Assembly (NCBI GenBank): GCA_963836755.1
Contig: CAWIKF010000001.1
Coordinates: 672,001-736,000, forward strand
Source of the DNA: an uncultured Verrucomicrobiae bacterium
Lineage (GTDB): Bacteria; Verrucomicrobiota; Verrucomicrobiia; Chthoniobacterales; Chthoniobacteraceae
DNA: 64,000 nt
Direction: 5' to 3'
Shown here: positions 27,943 to 38,135 of the stretch, piece by piece
Position numbering within the stretch: the first letter of the stretch is position 1
How the letters are laid out: each line of letters opens with the position of its first letter
Position numbers and translations under genes: made by a program
The notes under the pieces: generated by a model
Databases searched by the model: none
What the model was told of the DNA's origin: nothing
The model's input: only the letters and a program-made list of their open reading frames with translations

Positions 27943-30195
27943 ATGCGCCGAAACTATCTCCTCGGAATCCTAGCTCTCATCTCCACCGCGTCCGCGCAAA
28001 CTCCTCCCACATCGGATGCGCCGACCAGCAGCCCCACGGTTAAAAGTTCCGCGGCCACTGTTATCCCCGTTGTTTCGACGCCGGTAACTTATACCAATCC
28101 TTCGCTCCCAGTCGCGCAACGCGTCGCCGACTTTATCTCGCGCCTTTCGCTGGCTGAGAAAGTGGCGCAATTGCAAAACGCAGCGCCCGCCATTCCCCGG
28201 CTCAAGGTTCCAGCCTACGACTATTGGAGCGAAGGTTTGCATGGGGTCGGCCGTGCGGGACTTGCCACGGTCTTTCCACAAGCCATCGGCATGGCTGCCA
28301 CTTGGGATATAGATCTCATCCATCGCGAAGGCCAGACGGTCGCCAACGAGGGCCGCGCGAAGTTTAATTCCTCCACGAAGGACAGGGGCAAACGCTTCCA
28401 CGGCCTTTGCTACTGGTCGCCCAACGTGAACATTTTCCGCGACCCGCGCTGGGGCCGAGGGCAGGAGACCTATGGCGAGGACCCGTTCCTCACCGGCCAT
28501 CTCGCGGTCGCGTTCATCACCGGCATCCAGGGCGATCCGCTCCACCCGGAAGCGCTCGCCTGCGCGAAGCATTACGCCGTCCACAGCGGGCCGGAGCCGG
28601 AGCGGCATCGTTTCAACGTCGATCCATCCGAGACCGACCTGCACGAGACCTATCTTCCCGCCTTCGAGCACTGCGTCCGCGATGGCCATGTCGGGCAGGT
28701 CATGAGTTCCTATAATGCCGTTTACGGCGTTCCTGTTCCCGCGAGCAAGCTGCTCCTCACCGACATTCTGCGCGATCAATGGGGCTTCGATGGCTACGTC
28801 GTTTCCGATTGCGATGCGGTGGCCGACGTTGTGCACGGCCATCATTACGTGAAGACAATGCCGGAAGCTGTCGCCGTCTCGCTAAAGGCCGGCACCGATC
28901 TCGACTGCGGCCGCGCCTACGCCGCCCTCGTCGAGGCAGTGGAGAAAAAGCTGGTCACGGAAAAGGAAATCGACACCGCGCTTACCCGTGTGCTGACCGA
29001 GCGGTTCCGCCTCGGCCTGTTCGATCCCTCGACGCCTTGGGACAAGCTCACCGAGGCCGACAACGACACGCCTGCCAGCTCCGCGCTCGCGCTGAAAGCT
29101 GCCTGCGAATCGATCGTGCTCCTGAAAAACGACGGACTGCTCCCTCTCGATCGCAGCAAGATCAAGCATCTCGCAATCATCGGCGGCAACGCGAAGGACA
29201 CCAACATGCTCCTGGGCAATTACAATGGCACGCCGTCCCATCCCGTCTCCATTTTTGACGGCATCACAACGGCGGCGGGCGCCAATGTGCAGGTCGATTA
29301 CGCCGCCGGGCCACCGCTGGCCGTCGCGGCGGGCACGATCATCGCCACCAACTCGCCCGCGTGGCAGGATGCAATGAAGATCGCGCAAGGCGCCGATGTC
29401 ATCATCTACGTCGGCGGGATTAATGGCGGCAAACTGGAAGGCGAGGAAATGCGCACCGTGCTCGACGGCTTCCTCGGCGGCGACCGCACGCGGATCGAAT
29501 TGCCCGAGGTGCAGGAAAAGTTCGTGCAGGCGCTCGGCGCGTTGCACAAGCCGGTCGTCTTTGTCAATTGCAGCGGCAGCGCCATGGCGCTGAAGTGGGA
29601 GGCAGCCAATCTGCCCGCCATCGTCCAGGCATGGTATCCCGGCGAGAATGGCGGAACGGCGGTCGGTGAAGTCCTCTTCGGCGACGCCAATCCCTCCGGT
29701 CACCTGCCGATCACCTTCTATGCAGCCACGGACGATCTTCCCGCCTTTACCGACTACAGCATGGCGAACCGCACCTACCGTTACTTCAGCGGCCAGCCGC
29801 TCTACGCCTTCGGCCACGGCCTCAGCTATACGAAGTTCGACTTCGGCGCGCCAAAGGTCAGCGCCACCACCGTCAATGCCAGCGGCAGGATTCATCTTAG
29901 CGTCCCGGTCACCAACTCAGGAGCGCGCGATGGCGATGAAGTCGTGCAGGTCTATGTGAAGCAGGCGAAAGCAGCCGAGCCGCAACTCGTGCACAGCCTC
30001 GCAGCCTTCCAGCGCATCACTGTGCCGAAAGGCGCCACCGTGAACGCCGAAATAACTCTGCCCGCGCATCAACTTCGCCGTTGGGACGTCGCGACGCATG
30101 CGTTCAAAATCGCGCCCGGTTCCTACGAGGTGCAGATCGGCGCAGCCTCGGACGATATCCGCCAGAGAGAGCAAATCACCGTCACAGCCGATTGA
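27943..30195 (+). CDS. Secreted GH3 beta-glucosidase/beta-xylosidase with Fn3-like C-terminal domain
   Basis: Signal peptide; WSEGLHG, WSPNVNIFRDPRWGRGQETYGEDP, KHYAVH, YVVSDC nucleophile, AWYPGE, FGHGLSY. Confidence 0.95.
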   Translation: MRRNYLLGILALISTASAQTPPTSDAPTSSPTVKSSAATVIPVVSTPVTYTNPSLPVAQRVADFISRLSLAEKVAQLQNAAPAIPRLKVPAYDYWSEGLHGVGRAGLATVFPQAIGMAATWDIDLIHREGQTVANEGRAKFNSSTKDRGKRFHGLCYWSPNVNIFRDPRWGRGQETYGEDPFLTGHLAVAFITGIQGDPLHPEALACAKHYAVHSGPEPERHRFNVDPSETDLHETYLPAFEHCVRDGHVGQVMSSYNAVYGVPVPASKLLLTDILRDQWGFDGYVVSDCDAVADVVHGHHYVKTMPEAVAVSLKAGTDLDCGRAYAALVEAVEKKLVTEKEIDTALTRVLTERFRLGLFDPSTPWDKLTEADNDTPASSALALKAACESIVLLKNDGLLPLDRSKIKHLAIIGGNAKDTNMLLGNYNGTPSHPVSIFDGITTAAGANVQVDYAAGPPLAVAAGTIIATNSPAWQDAMKIAQGADVIIYVGGINGGKLEGEEMRTVLDGFLGGDRTRIELPEVQEKFVQALGALHKPVVFVNCSGSAMALKWEAANLPAIVQAWYPGENGGTAVGEVLFGDANPSGHLPITFYAATDDLPAFTDYSMANRTYRYFSGQPLYAFGHGLSYTKFDFGAPKVSATTVNASGRIHLSVPVTNSGARDGDEVVQVYVKQAKAAEPQLVHSLAAFQRITVPKGATVNAEITLPAHQLRRWDVATHAFKIAPGSYEVQIGAASDDIRQREQITVTAD

Positions 30196-30297
30196 TCGCG
30201 CCGTGCCCCGACGGCCTGCCATTAATAAGAGCGAGGGCCGGCATCGGCTCGCCTGAACCTGCGGTTACGTCCTGAAAAAGTCCGCAGGCAAGCGAGG

Positions 30298-30846
30298 TTA
30301 TTGCGGCCCCGACTGCTCGATATCGAGCAGCTTCGGCCCGACGCGATGGCCCACGATTTTCATGGACCAAAAGAGCATCGAGTAAAAGCCGGCGACCGCC
30401 ACCAAAGTGACACCGGCCGCGGCCCAATGGTGAGCGCGCATGCGACTGAGCCTTGGCATAAAGGCAATCATCCCGAAAAGGCTTAGCACCACGATCACCG
30501 CATCGAAAGAAGCGCGCTGCCAGTAGCTGCCGCCCAGATGCAGCCACATCCCGAATTCATCGAACGTGAGCGCCATCCCGAAGCCATACAAAAACGCCAC
30601 CCATTTTCTGCCCGACTCACCCAGCGGCACGAACAAAAGGAACGCCCCCACCGCGGAGAGCAGAAAAATCCCGTAATTGAGATGGTGAACGTGCGTCCCA
30701 CCCAGATGCAGAAAAAAGTCCGGCATCTTCTTTGTCATGATCAGGATCACCAGCACCCTCGAAGCAATGAAAGTCAGCAAAAAAGTGGTGAACACCACGC
30801 GAGCGAGATGCCTGGTAGGCGAGGCCGGGGGAGGGGTGGAATCCAT
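30298..30846 (-). CDS. Conserved integral membrane protein (HxHH motif)
   Basis: Several TM helices; LGGTHVHHLNYGI and GMALTFDEFGMWLHL..YW motifs. Confidence 0.82.
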   Translation of the reverse strand: MDSTPPPASPTRHLARVVFTTFLLTFIASRVLVILIMTKKMPDFFLHLGGTHVHHLNYGIFLLSAVGAFLLFVPLGESGRKWVAFLYGFGMALTFDEFGMWLHLGGSYWQRASFDAVIVVLSLFGMIAFMPRLSRMRAHHWAAAGVTLVAVAGFYSMLFWSMKIVGHRVGPKLLDIEQSGPQ

Positions 30847-31313
30847 GGATTTGAACAAGTAAACAGCCTGCCCTCGCCGAGACTGCCACGCAACGCGAGG
30901 CGCGCGCAAGCCCGGACTGCCCCCGTTTCCGAACCCGCCCATAAAGCGCATAAAAACCGCGAGCCTGCAGTATTACATGAAGCGGATGACATATCACACG
31001 ACGACCGTGCAGTATTACATCGTCACCATGCTTGTGCTGCATGGCGACCGTGCAGTATTACACGACGACCATGTAGTGCTACATGGAGACCGTGCAGTAT
31101 TACATGGCGACCATGCAGTGCTACATGATGACCGTGCAGTATTACATCGCGACCATGTTGTGCTGCATGACGACCGCGCAGTATCACATGACGACCATGT
31201 AGTGCTACATGGAGACCGTGCAGTATTACATGGCGACCATGCAGTATGACATTCGTCGGATCCTTTTTGACTGCATCAGGCGGGTTTACTCTGTTGACCG
31301 TCTGATCCGGTCT
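30803..31313. repeat. Duplicated segment, copy 2 (probable source)
   Basis: Covers the first 15 codons and upstream region of 30298-30846, which is intact at this copy. Confidence 0.9.
30967..31252. repeat. 21-bp tandem repeat, 13 units plus a partial unit
   Basis: Same units as the 26897 array; 274 bp = 13 x 21 + 1, with a phase slip near 31031. Confidence 0.93.
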
Positions 31314-31436
31314 GCGTGCGGGGAATCACATTGGCCGCCCCGCGGCATTTCTGCTAAGCCTCCGGCAGGACGATCTCCGCATGCTCACGGAACAGATAAC
31401 GCCATCGACCAGGCCCACGCCAAAGTCCGTGCTCTC

Positions 31437-31503
31437 GGCGAGCATCGATTTGAAAAAATCCGTCCTCCGCCAAGATGGGCGAGCATCGATTTGAAAAAAT
31501 CCG
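31437..31503. repeat. Two exact 26-bp direct repeats at a 41-bp period
   Basis: GGCGAGCATCGATTTGAAAAAATCCG at 31437-31462 and 31478-31503. Confidence 0.9.
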
Positions 31504-31653
31504 GCCTCCCCGAGCCTCGGCGCCACCCTATTATATAATCGCGAAAAAGTCCCATACCTCCGGCGGAATTTAGCTCGACCGCCGAGGCCGCACTCCATTA
31601 CACGGCGGCATGACGGCGAGGAAGCCAGCAGCAGCCAAAGAGCGGACAAAAAT

Positions 31654-31708
31654 AGGCGAAACTTCTTTCGCCTTTAATTACGAACCTTCGCCTAAATCTC
31701 GTTAGGCC
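31654..31708 (+). other. Candidate integron attI-like site
   Basis: CGCCTAA-ATCTC-GTTAGGCC simple-site geometry with upstream TTCGCCT direct repeats and an AGGCGAAA/TTTCGCCT inverted repeat; no attC hairpin. Confidence 0.5.
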
Positions 31709-31725
31709 TAGCAACACAGTCCAAA

Positions 31726-32322
31726 GTGATGAACGCGAGATTTGTCTTCAGCCTCTTTACTATATTGTTGGTTTGCTCATGCGCTTCCCATAAGCCCGCT
31801 GAGCCAGTTAGCGAGTCCGGTGATCGTAGTGCTACGACTACGACACGAGCATCGTTTCACATTGAGACGACGGGACTCGAAGGAGACGAGCCTTCGCCTC
31901 ACTACTGGGTAGTTTCCGGCACTCAAAGGGTTCCGCTTCCTAATCTACCGCACCCAGATAACACGACTTGCCCCGGGGCAGAGTTCACGATCTCGCCCGA
32001 TCAGCAGTGGATTTTCGCGGATGAGAAGCTCTATCACAGAGCGAATGAGGTTTGGCTTCTTCACCGAGATTCGGAGCTACACTACTCATTGGTTGGTGAA
32101 CCGACATTCGGACGCGCCGCTCTCGCCTACTATATGCGTGCAACTGGCAAGCGTGTCCCTCCAGATTACTATTTCATTACCAGGATTGGGCCGTGGCCAA
32201 ATGTTGGCAGCCGCATTCGACTGACTCTCTATTCAAGAGGCTGGCTCGACATTGCTCTTTGCTACGACTTTCAGACTAAGACTTTCTCAATTTCTGATGA
32301 TCAGACGACGACATACTACTAA
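31726..32322 (+). CDS. Hypothetical lipoprotein-like exported protein (cassette gene)
   Basis: Hydrophobic leader ending LVCSC; bracketed by GTTAGGCC (31701) and GGCCTAAC (32331). Confidence 0.72.
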   Translation: MMNARFVFSLFTILLVCSCASHKPAEPVSESGDRSATTTTRASFHIETTGLEGDEPSPHYWVVSGTQRVPLPNLPHPDNTTCPGAEFTISPDQQWIFADEKLYHRANEVWLLHRDSELHYSLVGEPTFGRAALAYYMRATGKRVPPDYYFITRIGPWPNVGSRIRLTLYSRGWLDIALCYDFQTKTFSISDDQTTTYY

Positions 32323-32330
32323 GCACGAGG

Positions 32331-32352
32331 GGCCTAACCAAGCGCTGCAGCG
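32331..32352 (+). repeat. Truncated attC-like left arm
   Basis: GGCCTAACCAAGCGCTGCAGCG, 8 nt after the stop codon. Confidence 0.65.
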
Positions 32353-32431
32353 ATGCGCCATCACGATTGTAGCCAGTTATCCCGCTCGGCGCGGTTTCGG
32401 CATTGCTTCTTCAACGCGACAACCGAACGTC

Positions 32432-32491
32432 GCCTAACCATGCGCTGCAGCTAACAGGCTCCGCCTATAGCTGATCTTGTTCTCCTCAGGC
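32432..32491 (+). repeat. attC-like 60-bp hairpin, copy 5
   Basis: GCCTAACCATGCGCTGCAGCTAACAGGCTCCGCCTATAGCTGATCTTGTTCTCCTCAGGC; 52/60 identical to copy 4 by eye, in the opposite orientation. Confidence 0.82.
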
Positions 32492-32759
32492 GGTTCAGAC
32501 GCTTTTCCACACCTGCAATGAAAAGCCGCTGACTTCCGGTGCGGAGGTTGTTCTTTCCATCAACGCAGTCGGCTCTGCCGGCGTGAGTGACTGGAGCGAT
32601 TACGGGAGCTTGATGGTGATCTAAAAAGATCGCGATCGAGTGGGCCGAACGCCATGAAGCGGCGCTTCCAGTGATGGAGGCGCCGCTTTTCTTTTGCAGG
32701 GAGCGGACATTTTTTCGCTGCTTTGCGCGGGCGCAGCAGTGAGTGTGCAGGGGACATCG

Positions 32760-34889
32760 ATGAAAGAAGATTTGAAAACACGCATCCTCCGCGTTTTGGC
32801 GGAGCCGAAATATCAGCCGCTGGACAAGGTGGGCCTTTCAAAGAAGCTCGGCCTTTCCAGCGACGAACGCGCGGAGCTGCGCGAGCATTTGCGCCGGCTG
32901 GAGCAGGGGGGCGAGATCGCGCGCATCCGCAAGGATCGCTACGTGATCCCGGAGGCGGCGGATTTGTGCACGGGTGTTTTACAAGTGCATCAAGGCGGCA
33001 GCGCGCACCTGCTCTCCGAGCGCAAGGGCCAGCCCGATCTTTTCATTTCGGCTGAAAACACGGCGACGGCGATGAATGGCGATCGCGTGGTGGCGCGCGT
33101 GATGCACGAGGGTGCGGCGCAGCGAGGCGCGAAGCGGGCAGGGCGCGTGATTCGCATTCTCACGCGCGCGAACGACACGGTGGTCGGGACGTTGCAGGCG
33201 ACGAAGAAGTTTTTCTACGTGATCGCGGACGACCCGCGGCTCGGGCACAATATTTACGTCAATCCAGGCGAGGCGCGGCTGCCGCGTCCGCCGGAGGTGG
33301 GCGACAAAGTCGTGGTGAAGCTCGAGGAGTGGAAATCGCGCCACGTGAATCCCGAGGGGCAGATCATCGAGCTGCTCGGGCGCGCGACGGACACGGGCGT
33401 GGATATGCTTTCGATCATCCGGAAGCATCATCTGCCGACGGAGTTTCCGCCGGCGGTTTTGCGCGAGGCGGAAAGGATCGGCGAGACGGTGGATGAGCGC
33501 GAAGCCGCGCTGCGCGAGGATTTGCGGGCGCAGATGATCGTGACGATCGACCCGGATGACGCGAAGGATTTCGACGACGCGATTTATGTGGAGCGGCTGG
33601 GCGACGGCTGGCGGCTCGGCGTGCACATCGCGGATGTTTCACATTATGTTAAACCCGGGAGCGCGCTCGACAAGGAGGCGTATGCGCGCGGAAACAGCGT
33701 TTATCTGGTGGACCGCGTGATCCCGATGCTGCCGGAAAAATTGAGCAACGGCGTCTGCAGCCTCAAGCCGGGAGTCGATCGGCTGACGCAGTCGGCGTTC
33801 ATCGATTTCACGCGCGCGGGAAAAATAAAGTCGGTCCGTTTCGCGCGGACGATCATCCGCAGCGCGCATCGCTACACCTATAAGGAAGCGTTTGCCGCGC
33901 TGCAAAAACCGCCGCACGATGCGTTAACGGAGCGCTTGCACACTGCGTGGGAGCTGGCGTCGCTGCTGCGGAAGAATCGTTTCGCGAATGGCTCGCTCGA
34001 TCTCGATTTTCCCGAGGTCAAAGTCTGGCTCGACGAGAAGAAGCGGCCGGTGCGTTTGGAAAAAATCGAGAACGACATTTCGCACCAGCTCGTCGAGGAA
34101 TTCATGCTCGCGGCGAACGAGGTGGTCGCGCGCGAAACGAAGAACCGGCAACTGCCCGCGGTTTATCGCATCCACGACAAGCCGGATGACGAGAAGCTCG
34201 CGGAGTTCCGCGAATTCGCGATGAGCTACGGATTGAAGGCGGGCGACCTGACGCATCGTGCCCGAGGTGCAAAAACTGCTCGCGGCGATCCGCGGACGGC
34301 CCGGCGAATACGCGATCAAGCTGGCGTTTTTAAAAAGTCTCAAGCGCGCCGCGTATGCGACCGAGGCGCTCGGGCATTACGGCCTGGCGAAGGTGAATTA
34401 CACGCACTTCACGAGCCCGATCCGGCGTTACGCGGATCTCGTGGTGCATCGTGTGCTCGCGCAGAAATCGGGCGCGACAGCTGCGAAAAAGTTTACGCAT
34501 CGGCGCCGTTCGATTTGAATGTTGTGGCGGAGCATATTTCCGGCACCGAGCGCGTGGCGGCGGATGCGGAAAAAGAATCGGTGAAGCTGAAGAAAATCGA
34601 ATTTTTCCAAAGCCAATTGCGCACGCGCAAGCCGGAGTCATTCAAGGCGATCGTGGTCGATGTGCGAAGCTACGGGCTGCTCGTGGAGTTACCCGATTTT
34701 TTACTGACGGGGCTCGTGCATGTGTCGTCGCTGCAGGATGATTTTTACGTTTTCGATCCGGCGCGTTTGCGTTTCGTCGGCCGACGGACGCGGCAGACTT
34801 ATGCGATGGGCGCGTCGGTGCAGGTGGAGGTCGCGCGCGTGGATGTGTATAAACAGCAGATCGATTTTCGCGTTTCGGCGAAATTTTAA
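32760..34889 (+). CDS. rnr: Ribonuclease R with two compensating frameshifts (~34260, ~34460-34500)
   Basis: [45 protein letters not shown]-terminal S1 domain; [20 protein letters not shown] is in the +1 frame (34258-34518). Confidence 0.92.
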   Translation: MKEDLKTRILRVLAEPKYQPLDKVGLSKKLGLSSDERAELREHLRRLEQGGEIARIRKDRYVIPEAADLCTGVLQVHQGGSAHLLSERKGQPDLFISAENTATAMNGDRVVARVMHEGAAQRGAKRAGRVIRILTRANDTVVGTLQATKKFFYVIADDPRLGHNIYVNPGEARLPRPPEVGDKVVVKLEEWKSRHVNPEGQIIELLGRATDTGVDMLSIIRKHHLPTEFPPAVLREAERIGETVDEREAALREDLRAQMIVTIDPDDAKDFDDAIYVERLGDGWRLGVHIADVSHYVKPGSALDKEAYARGNSVYLVDRVIPMLPEKLSNGVCSLKPGVDRLTQSAFIDFTRAGKIKSVRFARTIIRSAHRYTYKEAFAALQKPPHDALTERLHTAWELASLLRKNRFANGSLDLDFPEVKVWLDEKKRPVRLEKIENDISHQLVEEFMLAANEVVARETKNRQLPAVYRIHDKPDDEKLAEFREFAMSYGLKAGDLTHRARGAKTARGDPRTARRIRDQAGVFKKSQARRVCDRGARALRPGEGELHALHEPDPALRGSRGASCARAEIGRDSCEKVYASAPFDLNVVAEHISGTERVAADAEKESVKLKKIEFFQSQLRTRKPESFKAIVVDVRSYGLLVELPDFLLTGLVHVSSLQDDFYVFDPARLRFVGRRTRQTYAMGASVQVEVARVDVYKQQIDFRVSAKF

Positions 34890-34972
34890 ACAATCGATAA
34901 AACCGATGGACATGCAGCGAGCGATCTGCAAAATGCGTCGGCTCTTTTTCAGGGCAACAAAGTCAGGGACAC

Positions 34973-35185
34973 ATGGAAAATATCATCGCATCAAAAGAAG
35001 TGCAGGTGGAACGGAAGCATTTGCTGATCGAGTTCCGCGAAAACGACCGGGGCCGCTACATGCGGATCACGGAAACGGTCAACGGCCGGCGCAATTCCAT
35101 CATTGTGCCGAGCACCGGCTTGAATGAGTTTGCCAACGCGCTCGCCGAGGTGCTGACATTGGCGAACAAGCCGCTCGCCGCCTGA
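34973..35185 (+). CDS. PUR-domain ssDNA/RNA-binding protein
   Basis: SKEVQVERKHLLIEFRENDRGRYMRITE..RRNSIIVP matches a single PUR repeat. Confidence 0.8.
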   Translation: MENIIASKEVQVERKHLLIEFRENDRGRYMRITETVNGRRNSIIVPSTGLNEFANALAEVLTLANKPLAA

Positions 35186-35213
35186 GGCGTCGTCCCCTTT
35201 TTTTTAGAATCTT

Positions 35214-38000
35214 ATGTCAAAATCAAAATCCACCCGTCTCCCCGCCAGCCGTCCCGCGCCGGCTGCGTCGAAAAATGGAGCGTCAAAAAGCGCGCCGAAG
35301 AAAAACAAGTTCGTCTACTTTTTTGGCGATGGTTCAGCCGATGGCGACGGAAAGATGAAGCCGCTGCTCGGCGGCAAAGGCGCGAATCTCGCGGAGATGA
35401 CGCGCATCGGATTGCCGGTGCCGCCGGGATTCACGATCACGACCGAGGTCTGCACTTACTTTTACGAGAACGGGAAAAAATATCCCGCCGTGCTGAATGA
35501 GCAGGTCGAGGCCGCGCTCGCGAAAGTGGAAAAATCGCTCGGCAAAAAACTGGGCGATCTCAAAGACCCGCTGCTGCTGAGCGTCCGCTCGGGCGCGCGC
35601 GATTCGATGCCCGGCATGATGGACACGATTTTGAACCTCGGCATGAACGACAAAGTCGTCGAAGTCGTCGCGAAAAAAACGGGCAACGCGCAGTTCGCGT
35701 GGGATTCGTATCGCCGCTTTTTGCAAATGTATGGCGACGTGGTGATGGGCGTGCAAAAGCGCGAGGGCGAGGATCACGAGCCGTTCGAGACCGTGATCGA
35801 GGAGCTGAAGGACGAGCGTTACAAGAAGCACGATTTCCCCGATTCGCAGCTCACCGAAGATGATTTGAAAGAACTCGTCGCGCGTTTCAAAGCGCTGATC
35901 AAAGAGCGCACTGGCAAAAATTTTCCGCAAGATCCGCGGCAGCAAATGTGGGGCTCAGTCGGCGCGGTTTTTGGCTCGTGGATGAATGATCGCGCGATTG
36001 TTTACCGCCGCAAATACAACATCCCGGCGGAGTGGGGCACGGCGGTGAATGTGCAGACGATGGTCTTCGGAAACATGGGCGACACGAGCGCGACCGGCGT
36101 CGCGTTCACGCGCGATCCGGCGAATGGCGACAAAGTTTTCTACGGCGAATATTTGATCAACGCTCAGGGCGAAGACGTGGTCGCCGGCGTGCGCACGCCG
36201 CATCCTGTCGCGAAGCTGGCCGAGGAAATGCCGAAGGCGCACGCGGAACTTTTGAAAGTGCGCGCGCTTTTGGAAAAGCATTTCAAGGACATGCAGGACC
36301 TGGAATTCACGGTCGAAGACAACCGGCTTTTCATCCTGCAAACGCGCAACGGAAAGCGCACCGGCCTCGCCGCCGTGAAGATCGCGGTGGACATGGTGAA
36401 TGAAAAACTGATCACGCGCGAAGAAGCTGTGAAGCGGATTCCCGCGGATTCGCTCTCGCACGTGCTCGCGCCGATTTTTGATCTCGGGTCGAAAAAGTCT
36501 GCGAAAAAAATCGCGACTGGATTGCCAGCCGGTCCAGGCGCAGCGAGCGGCAAAATCGTTTTCAACGCTACCGATGCCGTCGAGCTCGCGCACAAAGGCG
36601 AGCGCGTCGTGCTCGTGCGCATCGAGACTTCGCCGGAAGATTTGCGCGGCATGATCGCGGCGGAAGGAATTTTGACTTCACGCGGTGGCGTCAGTTCGCA
36701 CGCAGCGCTGGTCGCGCGCCAAATGGGCAAAGTTTGCGTCTGCGGCGCGAGCGATTTGAAGATCGATTATAAACAAAAAACCGTCAGCGCGGGCGGCGTC
36801 ACTTTGAAGCAAGGCGACTTTATTTCCATTGATGGAACTGCGGGCGAAGTTTTTGCGGGCGAAGTGAAAACCGCTCCGTCGGAAGTCGTGCAGGTGCTCG
36901 TCGCGAAAACGCTGAAAGGCGAGAAGAGCAAAACATATCAGCAGTTCGCGCAGCTCATTAAATGGGCGGACAGTTTTAAAAAACTCGACGTCCGCACCAA
37001 TGCCGACACGCCGGAGCAGGTCGAAAACGCGATTGCGTTCGGAGCAGTCGGCATCGGCCTCACGCGCACTGAGCACATGTTTTTCGAGGGCGATCGCATC
37101 GATGCGATGCGGGAGATGATTCTCGCGACGAACAAAGAAAAGCGCGCGAAGGCGCTGGCGAAATTGCTGCCGTATCAGCGCGAAGACTTTGTCGGCATTT
37201 TCAAAGCGCTGAAAGGTTTGCCGGCGACGATTCGGCTGCTCGATCCGCCGCTGCACGAATTTTTGCCGCACGATGAAGCGGCGCGAAATTCCCTCGCGAA
37301 AAAACTCGGCGTCGATGCAGCAGACATCGCGAAGCGCGTGCATGAATTGCACGAGTTTAATCCGATGCTCGGACATCGCGGCTGCCGGCTCGGCATCGCG
37401 TATCCGGAGATCACCGAGATGCAGGCGCGTGCGATTTTCGAAGCCGCTGCCGAGGTGCAAAAGAAAGGCATCAAAGTAAAACCGGAAGTGATGATTCCGC
37501 TCGTCGGTTTTCCGAAGGAATTGGAATTGCAAATCGAGGTGGTCCATCGCGTCGCTGCCGAAGTGCAAAAAGCGACGAAGCAAAAACTGAATTATTTGGT
37601 CGGCACGATGATCGAAATTCCGCGCGCCGCGCTCGTCGCTGACGAGATTGCGAAGGACGCGCAGTTTTTCAGCTTCGGCACAAACGATCTGACGCAAACG
37701 ACGCTCGGCATGAGCCGGGACGACAGCGGCTCGTTTTTGCCGGCGTATGCTGAGCACGAAATCATCCGCGCGAATCCGTTCGCGACGATCGATCAAATCG
37801 GCGTCGGGAAATTGATGGAAATCGCGCGCGATCTCGGACGCAAAACGCGGCCCGACATCAAGCTCGGCATTTGCGGCGAGCACGGCGGCGAACCTGAGAG
37901 CGTGAAGTTCTGCCACGCGCTCGGTTTGAATTACGTGAGCTGCTCGCCGTTCCGCGTCAGCATCGCGAAGTTGGCGGCGGCGCAAGCGGCCCTCGCCTAA
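35214..38000 (+). CDS. ppdK: Pyruvate, phosphate dikinase
   Basis: [34 protein letters not shown] phospho-His, [24 protein letters not shown]. Confidence 0.97.
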   Translation: MSKSKSTRLPASRPAPAASKNGASKSAPKKNKFVYFFGDGSADGDGKMKPLLGGKGANLAEMTRIGLPVPPGFTITTEVCTYFYENGKKYPAVLNEQVEAALAKVEKSLGKKLGDLKDPLLLSVRSGARDSMPGMMDTILNLGMNDKVVEVVAKKTGNAQFAWDSYRRFLQMYGDVVMGVQKREGEDHEPFETVIEELKDERYKKHDFPDSQLTEDDLKELVARFKALIKERTGKNFPQDPRQQMWGSVGAVFGSWMNDRAIVYRRKYNIPAEWGTAVNVQTMVFGNMGDTSATGVAFTRDPANGDKVFYGEYLINAQGEDVVAGVRTPHPVAKLAEEMPKAHAELLKVRALLEKHFKDMQDLEFTVEDNRLFILQTRNGKRTGLAAVKIAVDMVNEKLITREEAVKRIPADSLSHVLAPIFDLGSKKSAKKIATGLPAGPGAASGKIVFNATDAVELAHKGERVVLVRIETSPEDLRGMIAAEGILTSRGGVSSHAALVARQMGKVCVCGASDLKIDYKQKTVSAGGVTLKQGDFISIDGTAGEVFAGEVKTAPSEVVQVLVAKTLKGEKSKTYQQFAQLIKWADSFKKLDVRTNADTPEQVENAIAFGAVGIGLTRTEHMFFEGDRIDAMREMILATNKEKRAKALAKLLPYQREDFVGIFKALKGLPATIRLLDPPLHEFLPHDEAARNSLAKKLGVDAADIAKRVHELHEFNPMLGHRGCRLGIAYPEITEMQARAIFEAAAEVQKKGIKVKPEVMIPLVGFPKELELQIEVVHRVAAEVQKATKQKLNYLVGTMIEIPRAALVADEIAKDAQFFSFGTNDLTQTTLGMSRDDSGSFLPAYAEHEIIRANPFATIDQIGVGKLMEIARDLGRKTRPDIKLGICGEHGGEPESVKFCHALGLNYVSCSPFRVSIAKLAAAQAALA

Positions 38001-38019
38001 AAAGAACGTTAACGCAACG

Positions 38020-38050
38020 AAAGCGCCCCGGGAACCTGGGGCGCTTTTTT
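38020..38050 (+). terminator. Rho-independent terminator after ppdK
   Basis: AAAGCGCCCC..GGGGCGCTTTTTT hairpin with U-tract. Confidence 0.85.
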
Positions 38051-38135
38051 GCAACTGCCCTCGCTCACCGGTGTTCCTTTTTACAGCATCGCCGTCGGCG
38101 ATTTACAAAAAGAGAAACAAACGAACCCAATAAAT

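Noticed and set aside
26897..31252. CRISPR array or DGR template/variable-repeat pair
   Set aside because: No unique spacers, cas genes or reverse transcriptase; differences between the copies are not confined to adenines
31313..31650. Integron integrase remnant next to the attI-like site
   Set aside because: No tyrosine-recombinase motifs recognisable in ORFs 31326-31649 or 31209-31538
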